Positions 43,085 through 58,140 of a stretch of DNA of 64,000 nucleotides are shown here, in pieces. Origin of the DNA: Octopus vulgaris (taxonomy: Eukaryota); assembly GCA_951406725.2 (NCBI GenBank), contig OX597830.1, forward strand, positions 29,016,001-29,080,000. Reading direction: 5' to 3'. Under the pieces are notes generated by a model. That model was not told where the DNA came from. It made no database searches and saw only the letters and a list, made by a program, of their open reading frames with translations. Positions within the stretch are counted from its first letter, which is position 1, and every line of letters begins with the position of its first letter. The translations under genes and the position numbers were made by a program.

Positions 43085-43502
43085 ATTAATCAATATAGGG
43101 CAGCAAAAAATTCAGCAGAAATTATTTTGCTACCGGCGGTCTATCGAATGGAATCGGCAGCTTATATTTGCTGCCGATAAATTGGCGCGAGTACGATGAT
43201 TTTGAAAATTTTAGGTTAGATATTGCCGAAGCGGTAGTGGTGCTGCCTCGTGTAAATACCTCTCCTCTTGGCTTACTTTACTGATGAATCTGTTGGCCTA
43301 TGGAAGATTAGCTTGATTTAATTTAATCAGGCTGATTTACCATTAAAAAACGATGAAACGATGCATTGTATAAAGTGAAATAGGGTAAATGTCTTTTAAT
43401 TTTCTCCTAATTTATGGAATTACTACTATTTTGCGGTTGAACCTTGGCTGCTATTTCTAGTGGGTTGAACGGCCTATTATGGCCGTTCCTTAATTTTGCT
43501 GT

Positions 43503-43547
<45 letters not shown>

Positions 43548-43726
43548 TTATTCTTTTACTTCTTTAAGTCCTTTTACCGAGGCCATCCTGGAGCAGTGAG
43601 GTTACTCGAGCAGATCAACCCCAGGACTTATTCTTTGTAAGCCTAGTACTTATTCTATTGTTCTCCTTTGCCAAATGCTAAACATCGGTTGTCAAGCGAT
43701 GTTTGGAGGGGACAAACATAAACACA

Positions 43727-43765
<39 letters not shown>

Positions 43766-44220
43766 ACACACACACACACACATGCATATATTACGGGCTT
43801 CTTTCAGTTTGCGACTTCCAAATTCATTCACAAGGCTTTGGTCCGCCCGTGGCTATAGGAGGCGACACTCGCATAAGGTGCCACTGCAGTGGGACTGAAC
43901 CCGAAACCATGTAGTCGGTAAACAAACTACTTTACTTCATTTCATAAAATTTGTCATATAGACAATACAAAGATTGTGTAACTTGTGTAGCATCGGTTGT
44001 CAAGCAATGCTAGGGGGACAAACACAGACACACATATATACATATATATACATATATCCGACAGGCTTCTTTCAGTTTCCGTCTACCAAATCCACTCACA
44101 AGGCACTGGTCGGCCCGAGGCTATAGCAGAAGACACTTGCCCAAGATGCCACGCAGTGGGACTGAACCCGGAACCATGTGGTTGATAAGCAAGCTACTCT
44201 ACTACACAGCCACTCCTGCG
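43548..44220 (-). mobile_element. Two tandem SINE family A copies (43548-43935 and 43990-44220)
   Basis: Both contain catcggttgtcaagc...ggcttctttcagttt...gtgggactgaaccc; the second ends acacagccactcctgc (head). Confidence 0.9.
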
Positions 44221-44704
44221 GCTATACGTGTGTATATTTTCGAAATATATCCAGATCATTTTTTTATATGAAACTCAGCGATAATATTTGGCCGCATATT
44301 AACGAATCTGTTCTTAAGTATTAAAAAAATGTATTTTCTATTTAAAAAATTATTCATATTCCATACCTATAACAACTATCTGTATCAATGCATATGCCCA
44401 TGTGCACATGCGTGTGCATATTTGTCTGTAGGTGTGTACAACTCTAAAAAAGCAGGGCATTCATATCTTACAAGAAAACTATTGTATTTTTGAGGACAAG
44501 AATTAAATAAAACTTTGCCCAACTGATTTCATCTTTAATAGCAAATTGTGTAAGCATCACAAACGTGCAATCATAGACAAGGAATTTTCCATTTTATTCC
44601 ATCACGCGCTTCCATATACACTCTAACACTTATGAATATGAGAAAAAATATCCTTAGTGAGTGTTGGTGATATTGTTCCAACCAAGATATTTTCCCGCAA
44701 ATAC

Positions 44705-44782
<78 letters not shown>

Positions 44783-45156
44783 TTAATGATATTAAGGATA
44801 TTTATGATGTGTCTGGGCCGGTTTTTGGAAAACACGTATACATGTTCATATATATATATACCTACAAATACACATACATACATGTACACATACATATACA
44901 AAGACTCACGTACAGACATGGATATTTCTACGTATATATATGTACATACATAGGCACACACATATGTACATATACGTAAAGTTTTATTTCTGCGTGTGTA
45001 TATATGTAAATATATTTTAGTATATGTATATTGGTCTCTCTATCTATGTAGCTAGATAGTCTTCTATTTGTCTGTCTGTCTGTCTATCTATCTTTCTATT
45101 TATCTCCGTCTCTCTCTCTCTCGCTCACACTCTATATGTATATATAAATATGAATG

Positions 45157-45195
<39 letters not shown>

Positions 45196-45708
45196 GTATG
45201 TATACATATGTATTTATACAATGCATAGGTACATCTGACATGAATTTTCTATGTACGTATACTGTCTATAAGTACATACACTCACTCACACACACACACA
45301 CACAAGCACAAACACACACAGAACTACACATGCACCCATGTATGTATTTATGCATGCATAAACAGAAGTGGAAAGTATGAGAGGAACGGCAGAGGAAAAC
45401 CTAGAAGTGATAAAGTAACATAGCTGTCTCATTTTTATTTCATTTTGAATAAATTGTCATTTACTCATAACACCTTTTTAAATGTACTTCTCTTTATAAA
45501 CATATGTGTCTATTTAAGTTAGAAGCCTATTTTAATTTAGTAACTATGTATTTAGCTAATGTACCGCTGTTTACGAAATGCGTCTCTCATTAACGCCACG
45601 GTAGATTTTTTTTTCTTGTAATCTTTTTTTAATATTTTCCATTCACTTTACTTTGCTTCCTTTTATCTAGTAATTATTTTATTCAGGGATATACATACAT
45701 ACATACAA

Positions 45709-45793
<85 letters not shown>

Positions 45794-46130
45794 AATAATT
45801 GAGTGTATGCATGTATGCATATTAACGCGCGCATGTGTATATATAGAAATATATATATATATATATATGCATACACCTATAAATATATACATATATCTGT
45901 ATGTGTCTGTGTATACTTTCGCCTTTTAATAGTTTTGCTTTTAAATGAAAATAAATGATGTGTGATTATGTATGTGTATATATATCAATTCTTATATCCC
46001 GTATATCTTCCTATTTATTCGCATAGAGCTACATATCGCAATATGTGTGTGCGTGTATGTGTGTATGTGTGTGTGCATCTACATTTATAATTGATCGTGT
46101 TTATGCGTATGCGAATGCATTTACGTGCTT

Positions 46131-46180
<50 letters not shown>

Positions 46181-46347
46181 ATATGTAAGCAGCTAGCATA
46201 TGTATTTGATTGAGTTTGTTTGCAAATTTAAAATGCGTTTAAATACCCATATTTTTTTACACTTTTTATTTACGTATATGTTTTGTTTTTCATATATGTG
46301 AAAAAAAATCTCCACCATTTCCCTTCTCCTTCCTTCAATTTTCGCAG

Positions 46348-46375
46348 CCATATTTGGCAATGTCGCCATATTAGG
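46348..46375. promoter_or_regulatory. Two tandem CArG boxes (candidate SRF sites)
   Basis: CCATATTTGG (46348-46357) and CCATATTAGG (46366-46375), both CC(A/T)6GG and both preceded by G (GCCAT, YY1-like core). Confidence 0.4.
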
Positions 46376-46597
46376 TTTTGATTGAGTTGCCAACTTCAGA
46401 TAAAAGAATTTAATTGGAACACCATCTATAGCAGAAACTAGAGTTATTTAACATATGAAATTTCTATATCTGTATATGCAACTCCCTAAATGAAATGGGT
46501 GTGTGTGAGCGCACAAACACTCACAAAACGTCGCATTTATATGTACAAATAAACATATACATATTTATATAGGAGCACAAATGCGCTCACACACATG

Positions 46598-46664
<67 letters not shown>

Positions 46665-46741
46665 CTGTATATAAACATGAATACATATATACATACACAC
46701 AAACACACATACATACATACGTGTGTGTTTATGTGAGTGTA

Positions 46742-46939
46742 AGGCAGCAAGCATGCGGAATCGTTGATACGCTGGTCAGAATTCGTTTACGTTCTGAGAT
46801 CAAACTGTATCGAGGTCCTCTTTGCCTTTCATCCCTTTCGGGGTCAAATGAAATAGTGACTAGTTGACCATTGTGACTGATGCAATCTACTATTCTCGTC
46901 CCGCCAAATTTCATGCCATGTTCCAATATTACAAAGGAG

Positions 46940-47035
<96 letters not shown>

Positions 47036-47135
47036 ATATCTATCTATCTATCTATCTATCTATCTGTCTGTCTGTCTGTCTGTATGTATGTCTGTCTATC
47101 TATCGATCCATCAATCCTTCTATCTATCTAGCTAT

Positions 47136-47198
<63 letters not shown>

Positions 47199-47200
47199 GA
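46742..47200 (+). mobile_element. Degenerate SINE family C (46742-46930) followed by (TATC)n array
   Basis: cgttctgagatcaaac...tttgcctttcatccctttcggggtc. Confidence 0.75.
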
Positions 47201-48855
47201 GGTATACATATCTATCTAAATAGAGGTATACAAACATATAATTCACAACGCATATATGTTTGCGTGTGTGTATGTGTATGTATGTGTATGTGCGTATGTG
47301 TGTGTCTGCTCATGATGTATGTATGCACCAAAGCTCATTCGGGGACACATACAGTCACAAATATAAAGTTTCATCCATCGCTTCTACCTAAAACTAAAGT
47401 AACTGTAGCTTTGTATACTAGGAAATAACGTATCGATACACTTGAAATAGTCCCATTACAAGTAACACTCGCACCACGCCTTCTACGTCTGAAAATCAGC
47501 GTTGCACATAATTTTCATCGAGACTTTCTAATTACGTCCATTATTCTGTTGATATAAAACCTACTGTTTAGTAGTTGCTGCACTGCAGCTACAAACTACA
47601 TGTTAAATCACCGATTGCTTTTAACGAAGGATCAGTTTGTGAAATATGACATTTGAAGTAATACAACATTTGCCCAAGTAGTCTCAGTAATTGAATGCTA
47701 TTAATGGGTTATGTATTTGTATTCCATCATCAATGACTTTACTTGCCTCAAAATCCAGGTACCATTCGAAAAGTGATGGCATTTATTCTGATTCGTGATG
47801 TTCTGAGCAGAAATTCTGCCCACGATTGACTTTATTCGTCATCTTTTCGGAGTCTCTAAATTAAGCAACGATTAAGCACTGAGGACGCGTTGATCGACTC
47901 CCCTCACCCACCAAATTTCAGACCCTGAATTACCAATTCTACTCACTTCATTGTATGCATTGTTGTATTTGGCATGACGTGTTTTTGTCTATGTGTATCT
48001 TTAATACATGTTGGTGTGCTTTAAAGAAATACGGTAAGATTCCTAGATTCATGATATCGTAGTTCCTTTTCTAATAAAAACAAACCAGGCAGTATTTGAA
48101 TTTTGATATCCTTACAATGTGACGGTATTCATTGCCAATGGATTAAACTTGAACGCTGTTGTTGGCATTTTGTTAACTCACAAATTTTAATGATGGTACT
48201 TACCTTCACACATCTCCGTTATTTCTTAGTCAAATGTTTTACGCACTGCATTTAATGTGATGTTAAATTGGTAATATATATGAACAAGATGAGACATTGC
48301 TTAAAATGTGTATGTTCAAGTTTTGTTATCGGTCTTCTTTTAGTATCTACTAAAATGACAACGGGTGCAGATGTCACAAAGAGGGAGGCTCTAGGTGGTC
48401 GATAATTCTGCTAGAAATAAAAATAAAGGCTCCCGAAATTTCACCACAAAATCGTAAGTAATACTTGCTAGTTTCAAGTAACTGCATAATGACAGAGTAA
48501 AAAACCTTGGATCGCCATGGCTGAATTAAAATATAAAATAGTCATGGGCTTTACATGTAGTTTTGTTCGATGAACCTGACCTGGGGTTTAAGAACAAAGA
48601 AAGTAGTAAGGGATGAGGATTTAAGTACTCACAACCTCTGATAATAGGAAATTACATGATGCAGTAAGTGTCATCTGGGAAATTATGTCATCTATCTACA
48701 TTGTAGGAAAGAGGCTGACTAGATTTTAATCGAGATTTATGCAACAAGGAAACCGCAACAGGAAAAAATAATAGTACCAAAAATAATGACGATAACACCA
48801 ATACCAACACCAAAGACAATAATGACAACAGTAACTATGGAAGCCACAAACGAAT

Positions 48856-48890
<35 letters not shown>

Positions 48891-50028
48891 TGTGTGAGGG
48901 GTTGCAAAGTATCGGCTATATTTCTCTCCAATCAGCACCCAGCTCCTTACGCATTTAAAAGTGATGTTCCTCATATTGCAAAGAATATGAGGTTACGGTT
49001 GAAACCTATTTACTTTATCTTCGATACAATGGCAGCGGTCCAGATACTTATTGGTCAGATTTTGTATATGCAGTGAAAAAAGATATTCAAACGACAAGAG
49101 GCATGTAATATTTCTCAGTCAAGCTTTGAATCAAAGGCAGCTATATAAGTTCATTACGCATTTCAAGAAAATTTACAAGTATAAAGATGGGTAATTTACC
49201 CACGCGCTATAATTGCTGTTAATATATTAATTATTTCGTGGCCATTCGGCACCAAGTATGATGGTAGGATAAAGCTTAACGCCTTAATTTATATACCCTA
49301 TAACGTGTACATCTGCTAAACTACGGCTGAACTTGGGTTAACTAAGAACAAAATCAAATGTAACATCAACAACAATTACAATGACAGAATCACGCATAAC
49401 AACCAGAACAACGGCTGAAGTGACTCACGGCATCTTTGACTCAACACCCACCGTAGAACAAGAGTCAATCAAATGTACATAGGGAAAAAAGCTAAGGGTT
49501 CGTGACCTCAGGTTAAGTGTGACACGAAATATAAATATGAAGATAGTGGTTAATTTAAATAGCAGTGATAGCCGTATCAGTGTTAGAAAAACAAAATATA
49601 TCAGAAAAAGAAATTACAGAAACATGCATTCATCCGCTACATACCCACTCTCTACACAGGCAAACACTTTGATGAAACCGTATACATGCAGCGGACATCT
49701 GCGCTCCCTGATGAATAAAAGCGCACACACACATACGCATTTACGCAAACGTACACGTAGGTTCTCTTATATATTGATATGCAATCACGAGCACACAAGG
49801 ACACACCACAAACGCCGGCAGTTATCCCACCTAGATCAGCCACAAGTGACATCTATAGATATGCAAACATACACTCACAAACAAAAAGACGGGTATACAC
49901 ACACAGACGGGCATACACTCATTGACATACATGCATACATACATAAAAGCCGATAGGCATATAGAGAGAGCAACAGATGTAAAAATGCCGCACACGCATA
50001 GAATCGCACGCATACACACACGCAAACG

Positions 50029-50062
<34 letters not shown>

Positions 50063-50176
50063 TATATATATATGTATGCATGTATGTATGTATAGATAGA
50101 TAAATACATACATATATATGTGTATATATATATATGCGTATGTATATATATATATGCCTGTGTGTACATACATATA

Positions 50177-50260
<84 letters not shown>

Positions 50261-50858
50261 CTGACGTACGTATACAATGATAGTCAAAAGTCGAAATGCA
50301 TTAACGTGACTTAGAATGCATCTGAATTAAAATTCCGGACGGCAGAATGGGTAAAACAAGATGGCAGAACTAATATTTTAAAACTCAACCCCTTTATCAC
50401 TACCGAATTGTTCTTTTCTTTTTCCCCGAAACGCAACACTTACAGCGTTAAAAACAACAACCTTAAAATCTTCATCCTCATTGTTTAAAAACCAGTCAAA
50501 ATAGTTGGTTCATGGTGTTGGCGTTGGAAAAATAGGGGATCTGCAAGGAGGCGTAAGGGATTTTCTTGTCCTTTCGTATTTTTGTAGTTTTTGATGATTT
50601 TGTTTTACTGATGTTATTTTTCGTTTCTCTCCAATTTTATTTCTATTTCCAACTGATTTTTTTTTTAGTGTGTTTCTTCACTTTGTATCTGTGATGATAT
50701 AGAGGGAGGGTGGAAATGACAAGAGCAGATTTTCTATGAAAAAAGAAAAGTCAAGTAACAAATTCCCAGCAGCTGCTTAATAGAAGCGTAAAGCCCAGCA
50801 AAGAATAAAAAAATAATATTTTGTATTCGTAGTTGTGGTAATAATAATAATAATGATG

Positions 50859-50946
<88 letters not shown>

Positions 50947-51180
50947 TAATAATAATAACAGCAACAACAATACTGATAAGACTAGTTTTAATTATAGTAA
51001 TAGAAAATACATATTTACACACATACACATATATATATATACATAATATATGTATGCACATATATATATATATATGTATATATATATATTTATATATATA
51101 TATATTTATATATATATACATGTATGTATATATATATATGTGTGTGTATGTGTGTGTCTGTGTGTGTGTCTGTGTATATA

Positions 51181-51219
<39 letters not shown>

Positions 51220-51877
51220 ATATATATATATATATATATGTATTTGTGGGGACGAACTGTAAATGATAAAATGCGATAGGACAATGAGATGCTATATCTT
51301 TTACAGACATACTAATTTTTTTTCGTCTCTCAATGCGTAGTAATGTAACAGTTTATCTAAAAAATGAATAAAATGTTCAGAAAAAGAACAATGCAATTTT
51401 ACGCTAAGCATTCTCTCACGATTACGTTATCAAATAATCAAGGTTTCTTGACATTAGAATTCAAAGAATTGAGCAGTAAATTTCGGGATTATGTACAGTA
51501 TTTGGCTTAAGTGTGTTAACGAAGGAATACCGTCCTGAACATCCTGAACATATGTTATGTATTGTAGTGCATTTGTATATGTATACATATACATGTATAT
51601 ACTACATAAGTACATATATTTATACAGTTAAAAAGTTATGTATACTTATAAAGTATATATAGATATCTATACACACACACTCACACATATTTATACAGCT
51701 GCAAATATGATATCTATATATACACATATATGTATATATATATATCTATATATATCTATCTATCTTTCTATCTATCTATCTATATATCTCTCTCTATATA
51801 TATACATATATATATATCAAATATATGTATATATGTATGTATATTTGTGAACATTTATATGTGGATATATATATATT

Positions 51878-51911
<34 letters not shown>

Positions 51912-53048
51912 AATATGTATCTTTCTATATATATACATATGTATATATATAGAAAGATACATATTTATATATGATAGAGAAATGAAGTAAAATATAGATA
52001 CATAGATAAACAAATAGATACATACATACATACACACACACAAACATACTTAAAGCGACTGATACTTGTCTGTTTCGTGTGTTTCTATTGTAAACATCTA
52101 AGTATGAAATAACTCCGAGAAAATAGATTTATGAACGATGAAATTAGAGTTACATAATATATTTATTGCACTCCGTATCTTCACTGTATTACTCAACTGT
52201 GATATTTGGACAATTTACAGAAAGCAACAAAGATGCATAAATCGCTTTCATTATATAAACAAGAACACTTGGATTTGTCGGATGTAAACCTAAGCATTAT
52301 TTGAGGAGTTTCTAGTTCTGTGAGTGAGAGGGGATTTACTTGTTAAAGAAACGCAAAGAGACGAGATATAAATATTGATATGTACAAAATAAATGCTATG
52401 ATTATAAATCAATATAAATAAAACAATCATACTTAAAGGAATGTTTGCGAGAATAAAGAAAAGTCGAAAGTGTAAATGAAGCTCTGCGCGCAATTTAAAG
52501 TGAATTGTCGATGCACTGATAGACTAAAAAGTGTTCTGAAAATTATCCTTTGTAAATTATATAGATATAAAGCAAATATCTTTCTAATGTGCCGGCAAGA
52601 TCTTAGCACTTCAGACCTTTTATTGTAGCTGTGTAAATCGTGAGATTTTTGGAGAAATATCCCAGTCAAATATGATTTGCATCAGAATTTTAAATGAAAG
52701 CAAGTCAGGCATATACGGAATATTATAAATTCGTTAGTTTTAAAAGCGATGGGACGTCGTTTTCCAAATATGCTTTGACAACTTTGGTGTCGTTCATTTT
52801 ACCTCGATGCCTCAAAGATTGGAGGAATTAAGAATAGGAAAAGTTTCGGAACGCTTTTTTGTTTCTTTGCCCAAATGCTTAGACGATTCAAATGATATAA
52901 TCTGATACATCCAGAGGATTTGCTGAATGCGAGCGCAAGGTAAGCAGGGAAAATAACTTATAGTAGATTTCCTAATAATAATAATAATAACAATAATAAT
53001 AAGAAGAATAAGAAGAAGAAGGAAAGAAAGACAGAAAGAAAGAAAGAC

Positions 53049-53081
<33 letters not shown>

Positions 53082-53084
<3 letters not shown>

Positions 53085-53580
53085 GCAAATAGGCCAGACA
53101 TCATAATGAAAGGCTTCAGACAAAAATCTTGCTTCCTCATTGATATGATTGTTCCAATCGATATAAACGTATCTGTCAAGAGCTACCAAAAACTGAGCAA
53201 GTATAAAGATCTTGAAATAGAAATTAGCAAAATATGGAACCTGAAGACTAAAAGAATACCTGTTGCATTAGTTGTCCTGAGAATGATAGCCAAAGGGGAT
53301 TTTTGCTACCCAGATCAGATACTAGGAAACCCCAAAATGGCAGAAATTCAAAAGGAACTGCCCATATCTTACGCAAAATACTTTCTATGTAATCTCAAAT
53401 TTTAAAACAAATATAATTTTCTGATGGTTTCTTAAACATTCTCTAGAACAATACTTTGTACAAGACCAAATATACGGCATCCTAGGCATAACACGAACAT
53501 GAACTTCTAACTTGTTGTCTCTTTAGGTCTCTGAGTGAGACTTGGAGCCAACTTGTACAAATGTAAAGCAAAAGTCAACC

Positions 53581-53638
<58 letters not shown>

Positions 53639-53645
53639 TAATAAT
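53082..53645 (+). mobile_element. R4/Dong-clade LINE 3' end (restriction-like endonuclease, 3' UTR, (TAA)n tail)
   Basis: DANRPDIIMKGFRQKSCFLIDMIVPIDINVSVKSYQKLSKYKDLEIEISKIWNLK fits the RPD...D....P......K..KY endonuclease motif; (TAA)n downstream (53581-53645) and upstream (52973-53000). Confidence 0.9.
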
Positions 53646-54921
53646 CAATGGAGTATAAATCAAGACATGTGTTGGTCAATATCTACACTAGTTAATAGAA
53701 TCAAAACTGTTGACAAATGGTATACGCATAAGAATTACATGAGTTGTGGGTACCAAAGATCCCATGTAAAAGATAGTGACAATATTTGAATGTTTACACC
53801 AAGTTTACGTACTACGCTATCTCGACTTATATACCGGAAAGTACATCATGTGTGCTTGTTCGTCAGTACAGGGTAACTACGCAAATTGAGGTATCCCTAT
53901 TACAAAGTACCAGATCCTTCACGATTGTTTTATAACCGCCGTAATTTTTCCTAAACTGTTGTGGCAATTAATGTAGCTATTTTCTTTTGTCAGGGTGTTA
54001 GACACTCGTAGAGAGTTTTCACCCATCGCAGTAAAATATCAAAAGATACATTAAAAAAATTATTTCATTCCTATTATGTAAATTATGAAATATGTCTACC
54101 AAAATAATCTGATTCAATTAAAGATAATTGCAATTGCTTTTGTATAAATTTCAGTGTGTGCATCGATATACCAAATGTTGTTCTTTCTTCTAATGATTTG
54201 TTTAGTAGTGCTCGTATTACGCATTCATAATTACATGATGTGTCTAGTCATGGTCATGCAATTTAAATTCCATATGGAACGAAAAAATGTATACATCTAT
54301 ATTATCAACAGATGGCGACGTTTGTCTTATTACTTTGTCGTCAACGCGGATAATTGATGGCAATAAACCACACGTATGGTTTACAAAATGGTAATTTAGA
54401 AAGCGGGAGCAATAAAAATGAAAGATGCAACAAGATGAAAACCAAAAAAAATGTAGTGATTGAAAGAAAGATGAGTTAAAGATACGAAAAATTTAAGAAA
54501 AAATTGAAAGGCGCAGAAAAAAGTATTAGAAAGTGTAAGAATAAATATGAAAATAAAAACAGAACAGAATTTAATGAATAGATGAGAAAGGTATACAAAA
54601 AAAAACAATCAAATAATATAAAAAAGATATTGAAGTGAAAGAATACAATAAATAAAAAAAAATAATGATAAGAAATAAAATAAAATGACGGAAATAAATG
54701 AGGAAAGATAAAATTAATTGAATGACGGAAGATGGGTTAAGAGAAATGAAGATTGTAAAACTGAAAATGTGAAAGAAATATAGCCGAACGAAAGAAAATA
54801 AGAAGTTGAGAATGAAAATGAGAATGAAAATAAGAAAAAGATGTCAATAATTAGAAAATGATAATGGAGACAATATACTGACAGCATCAACAATAGTAGT
54901 AGCAACAGCAGCACCAGTAAT

Positions 54922-54977
<56 letters not shown>

Positions 54978-54990
54978 CAGCAGCAGTAGC

Positions 54991-55036
<46 letters not shown>

Positions 55037-55129
55037 AAAACATGAACAGTAAGAAAGGAAATGGAAAGGGCTGTGGTACAGGAAATAATATCCATAACAT
55101 TTCTAAATGATAGAATCCCTTGGGCATCG

Positions 55130-55520
55130 AGCAAAGTGCGATGCAGTGTGTTACGTTACAGTTCATTACATTCGGAGTTCAAATCTCACCGAGGTCAACT
55201 TTACCTTTGATCCTTCCGGGACCAATAAAGTAAGAATCAGCTGAATAGCTAGGTCGATTAAATGGTTTACGCATCCCCTAAAGTTCATGCTTTTGGCAAA
55301 AATTTAAAAGGATTTTAATACGGCGAGCTTACAGTTATTGTAAACCCGGGAGCAAAATGATTAGCGACTTTTCGTCCGTCCTTTCATTCTTAGATCAAAT
55401 TCTGGTGTAGTCGACGTTGACTTTAACTCTTTCGGGGTCGATGAAATATGTACGAGCTGAACACTCGTGTCGATAAATCGACTTAATCCTTCCTTTGAAA
55501 TTGATGACCTCGTACCAAAA
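55130..55520 (+). mobile_element. Two degenerate SINE family C copies
   Basis: gagttcaaatctcaccgaggtcaacttt and ggcgagct...tagatcaaattc...ctttcggggtcgatgaaat. Confidence 0.75.
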
Positions 55521-55824
55521 TTATTATTATTCCCAGCGGTACGCATATTATTATTATTATTGTTATTATTATTATCAGAGGTACGCATATTGACAGCCAC
55601 TAACGGACATGCTCAACGCGTTAAGGTCAAACAACTGACCAGCAAATCTGTAGTACTGAACAGAATATTTACTGTAGCCCATTTTTTATACCAAGACAAA
55701 GCAGAGCACATGGTGATAGACACAGAAAGCAGCGAATATAAGGTTTCAGCCAGATGTTGTGGCCATGCAGTAACATCGGCCTTAGTGTGACATATTATTA
55801 TTATCATTATTGTTGTTGTTATTG

Positions 55825-55863
<39 letters not shown>

Positions 55864-55883
55864 ATTATTATTATTATTATTAT

Positions 55884-55926
<43 letters not shown>

Positions 55927-56076
55927 CCAGGACGAAATCCTCAACGAAGATTTTTGCGAAAAGTTGAACAAATCTCGCCTGATCTGTCGGAGAAGTTATT
56001 GTCTGACATGGAATAAACAAAAATTTATATACGGCAATCCTTTGTAAAAATTGCCCGGCAACGACGGGTTATTCAG

Positions 56077-56390
<314 letters not shown>

Positions 56391-56508
56391 CAGGTTCATC
56401 CCACTGAGTGTCACATTGGGTAATTGTTTTCTACTATTGGTTCTGGCCGACTAAATCCAGAGGGGATTTGGCCGACGGAAATTGAAAGAGACCTGTCGTA
56501 TTCATACT

Positions 56509-56549
<41 letters not shown>

Positions 56550-56830
56550 GTATGTGTGTGTATGTATGTATGTATGAACGTATGCATGTATGTATGTATG
56601 TATGTGTGTATTCGTCTTTTTCCCACCCTTCCGCTTGACAATCTGTGTTAAAGTGTTTACTGTCCCTTAAGTTAGTTGTTAGACACCAGAAGCCTTTAAA
56701 TTAGGTTATCAGACTTAAGCAGAAAATTACCAAGTTCGATTTTTTTCCACAAAAATTCTTGAAAGCAGTGTCCCAGCATGGCCAGAGTCATGTGACAGAA
56801 ATAAAGAAAAGATAAATAGAAAAAGAAAAA
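56391..56830 (+). mobile_element. SINE family A, old degenerate copy
   Basis: ggttcatcccactgagtgtcacattggg...gacggaaattgaaagagacctgtcg...cagtgtcccagcatggccagagtc. Confidence 0.75.
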
Positions 56831-57323
56831 AACGATGCAATCAAACACGTATGTCAGAGAGGGAGTGTTCCTGAGTCCTGCTTGGTTTATCCGTTAGACG
56901 AGAGGTTTTATATTTCAATATTAATAACAGGTGTACAGTAGATATGATTCCACAAGTTTGGCATTTACTGGGTGTGCAACCCTACCCCACATTGCCACCA
57001 CCACCACCACCACCGCAACCACTATTGCTAGTGCTGCTCTTACTACTGCTACTATTAATAATAATAACAACAACAACAAAAATGGCAATGATAGTGAGAA
57101 CACCGAATACAATGGCGATGATAACATTACTGGGGGACAGGACAGCTGCAAATGACGTGGGGTGTAGCATTTAGCGATTGCGTACGCAAATAGTTTAGAA
57201 GCATCTATAAGCGAAATAACTGCTTTCCGGAACAAACAGGAAACACATGCAAATATACATATCTAGGTACATTGCACACATACATATGTACATACATAGT
57301 ACATGCATACATTTATGTATGTA

Positions 57324-57371
<48 letters not shown>

Positions 57372-57512
57372 TTCATATATATAAATATATATATATATAC
57401 ATATATACATATATACATTTTTCTCTGTATATATATATATATATATACATTTATCTGTGTATATATATGCATATATATATAAATATAGTACGTTTAAATA
57501 TTTGTTGTGCAC

Positions 57513-57792
57513 ATCTAACTTAATAGCAGCATCTGATAGGAGTTGCTAAATCCTTAATAATTCAAGTTTTGTGGTATCATTCTCCATTCAAGTTGGAAGT
57601 TCTTGTTGAGTGAATTGTATCTGGTGTTCCTTGCATAAATCTTTCCAAATAAATATCACTGAAGCAAAATAACACCAAATATATAGTGCGTGTGTTTTTA
57701 TTGGCTAAACTGGCAATATGACCATTCCGAAATATAACAATATATAAATATATATATATACTTATTTATATATACATTTATCTATATATATG

Positions 57793-57853
<61 letters not shown>

Positions 57854-58140
57854 GTATATATACACTTTATTAAAAAGGACCAAAAATACAACAAAAACTG
57901 CTACTTTCCATTCGTGTATATATATATACAGACACACATTGACACCCACTAGTAAGTTAGATAACTTAGATATATATTCTATCAAAGATTGGCTCAGGTC
58001 ATATCTAACTTAATAGCAGCATCTGATAGGATTTGCTAAATCCTTAATAATTCAAGTTTTGTAGTATCATTCTCCATTCAAGTTGGAAGTTCTTGTTGAG
58101 TGAATTGTATCTGGTGTTCCTTGCATAAATCTTTCCAAAT
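57513..58140. repeat. 138-bp direct repeat (57513-57650 and 58003-58140), 2 mismatches
   Basis: atctaacttaatagcagcatctgatagg...ttgcataaatctttccaaat occurs twice, 490 bp apart. Confidence 0.95.
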
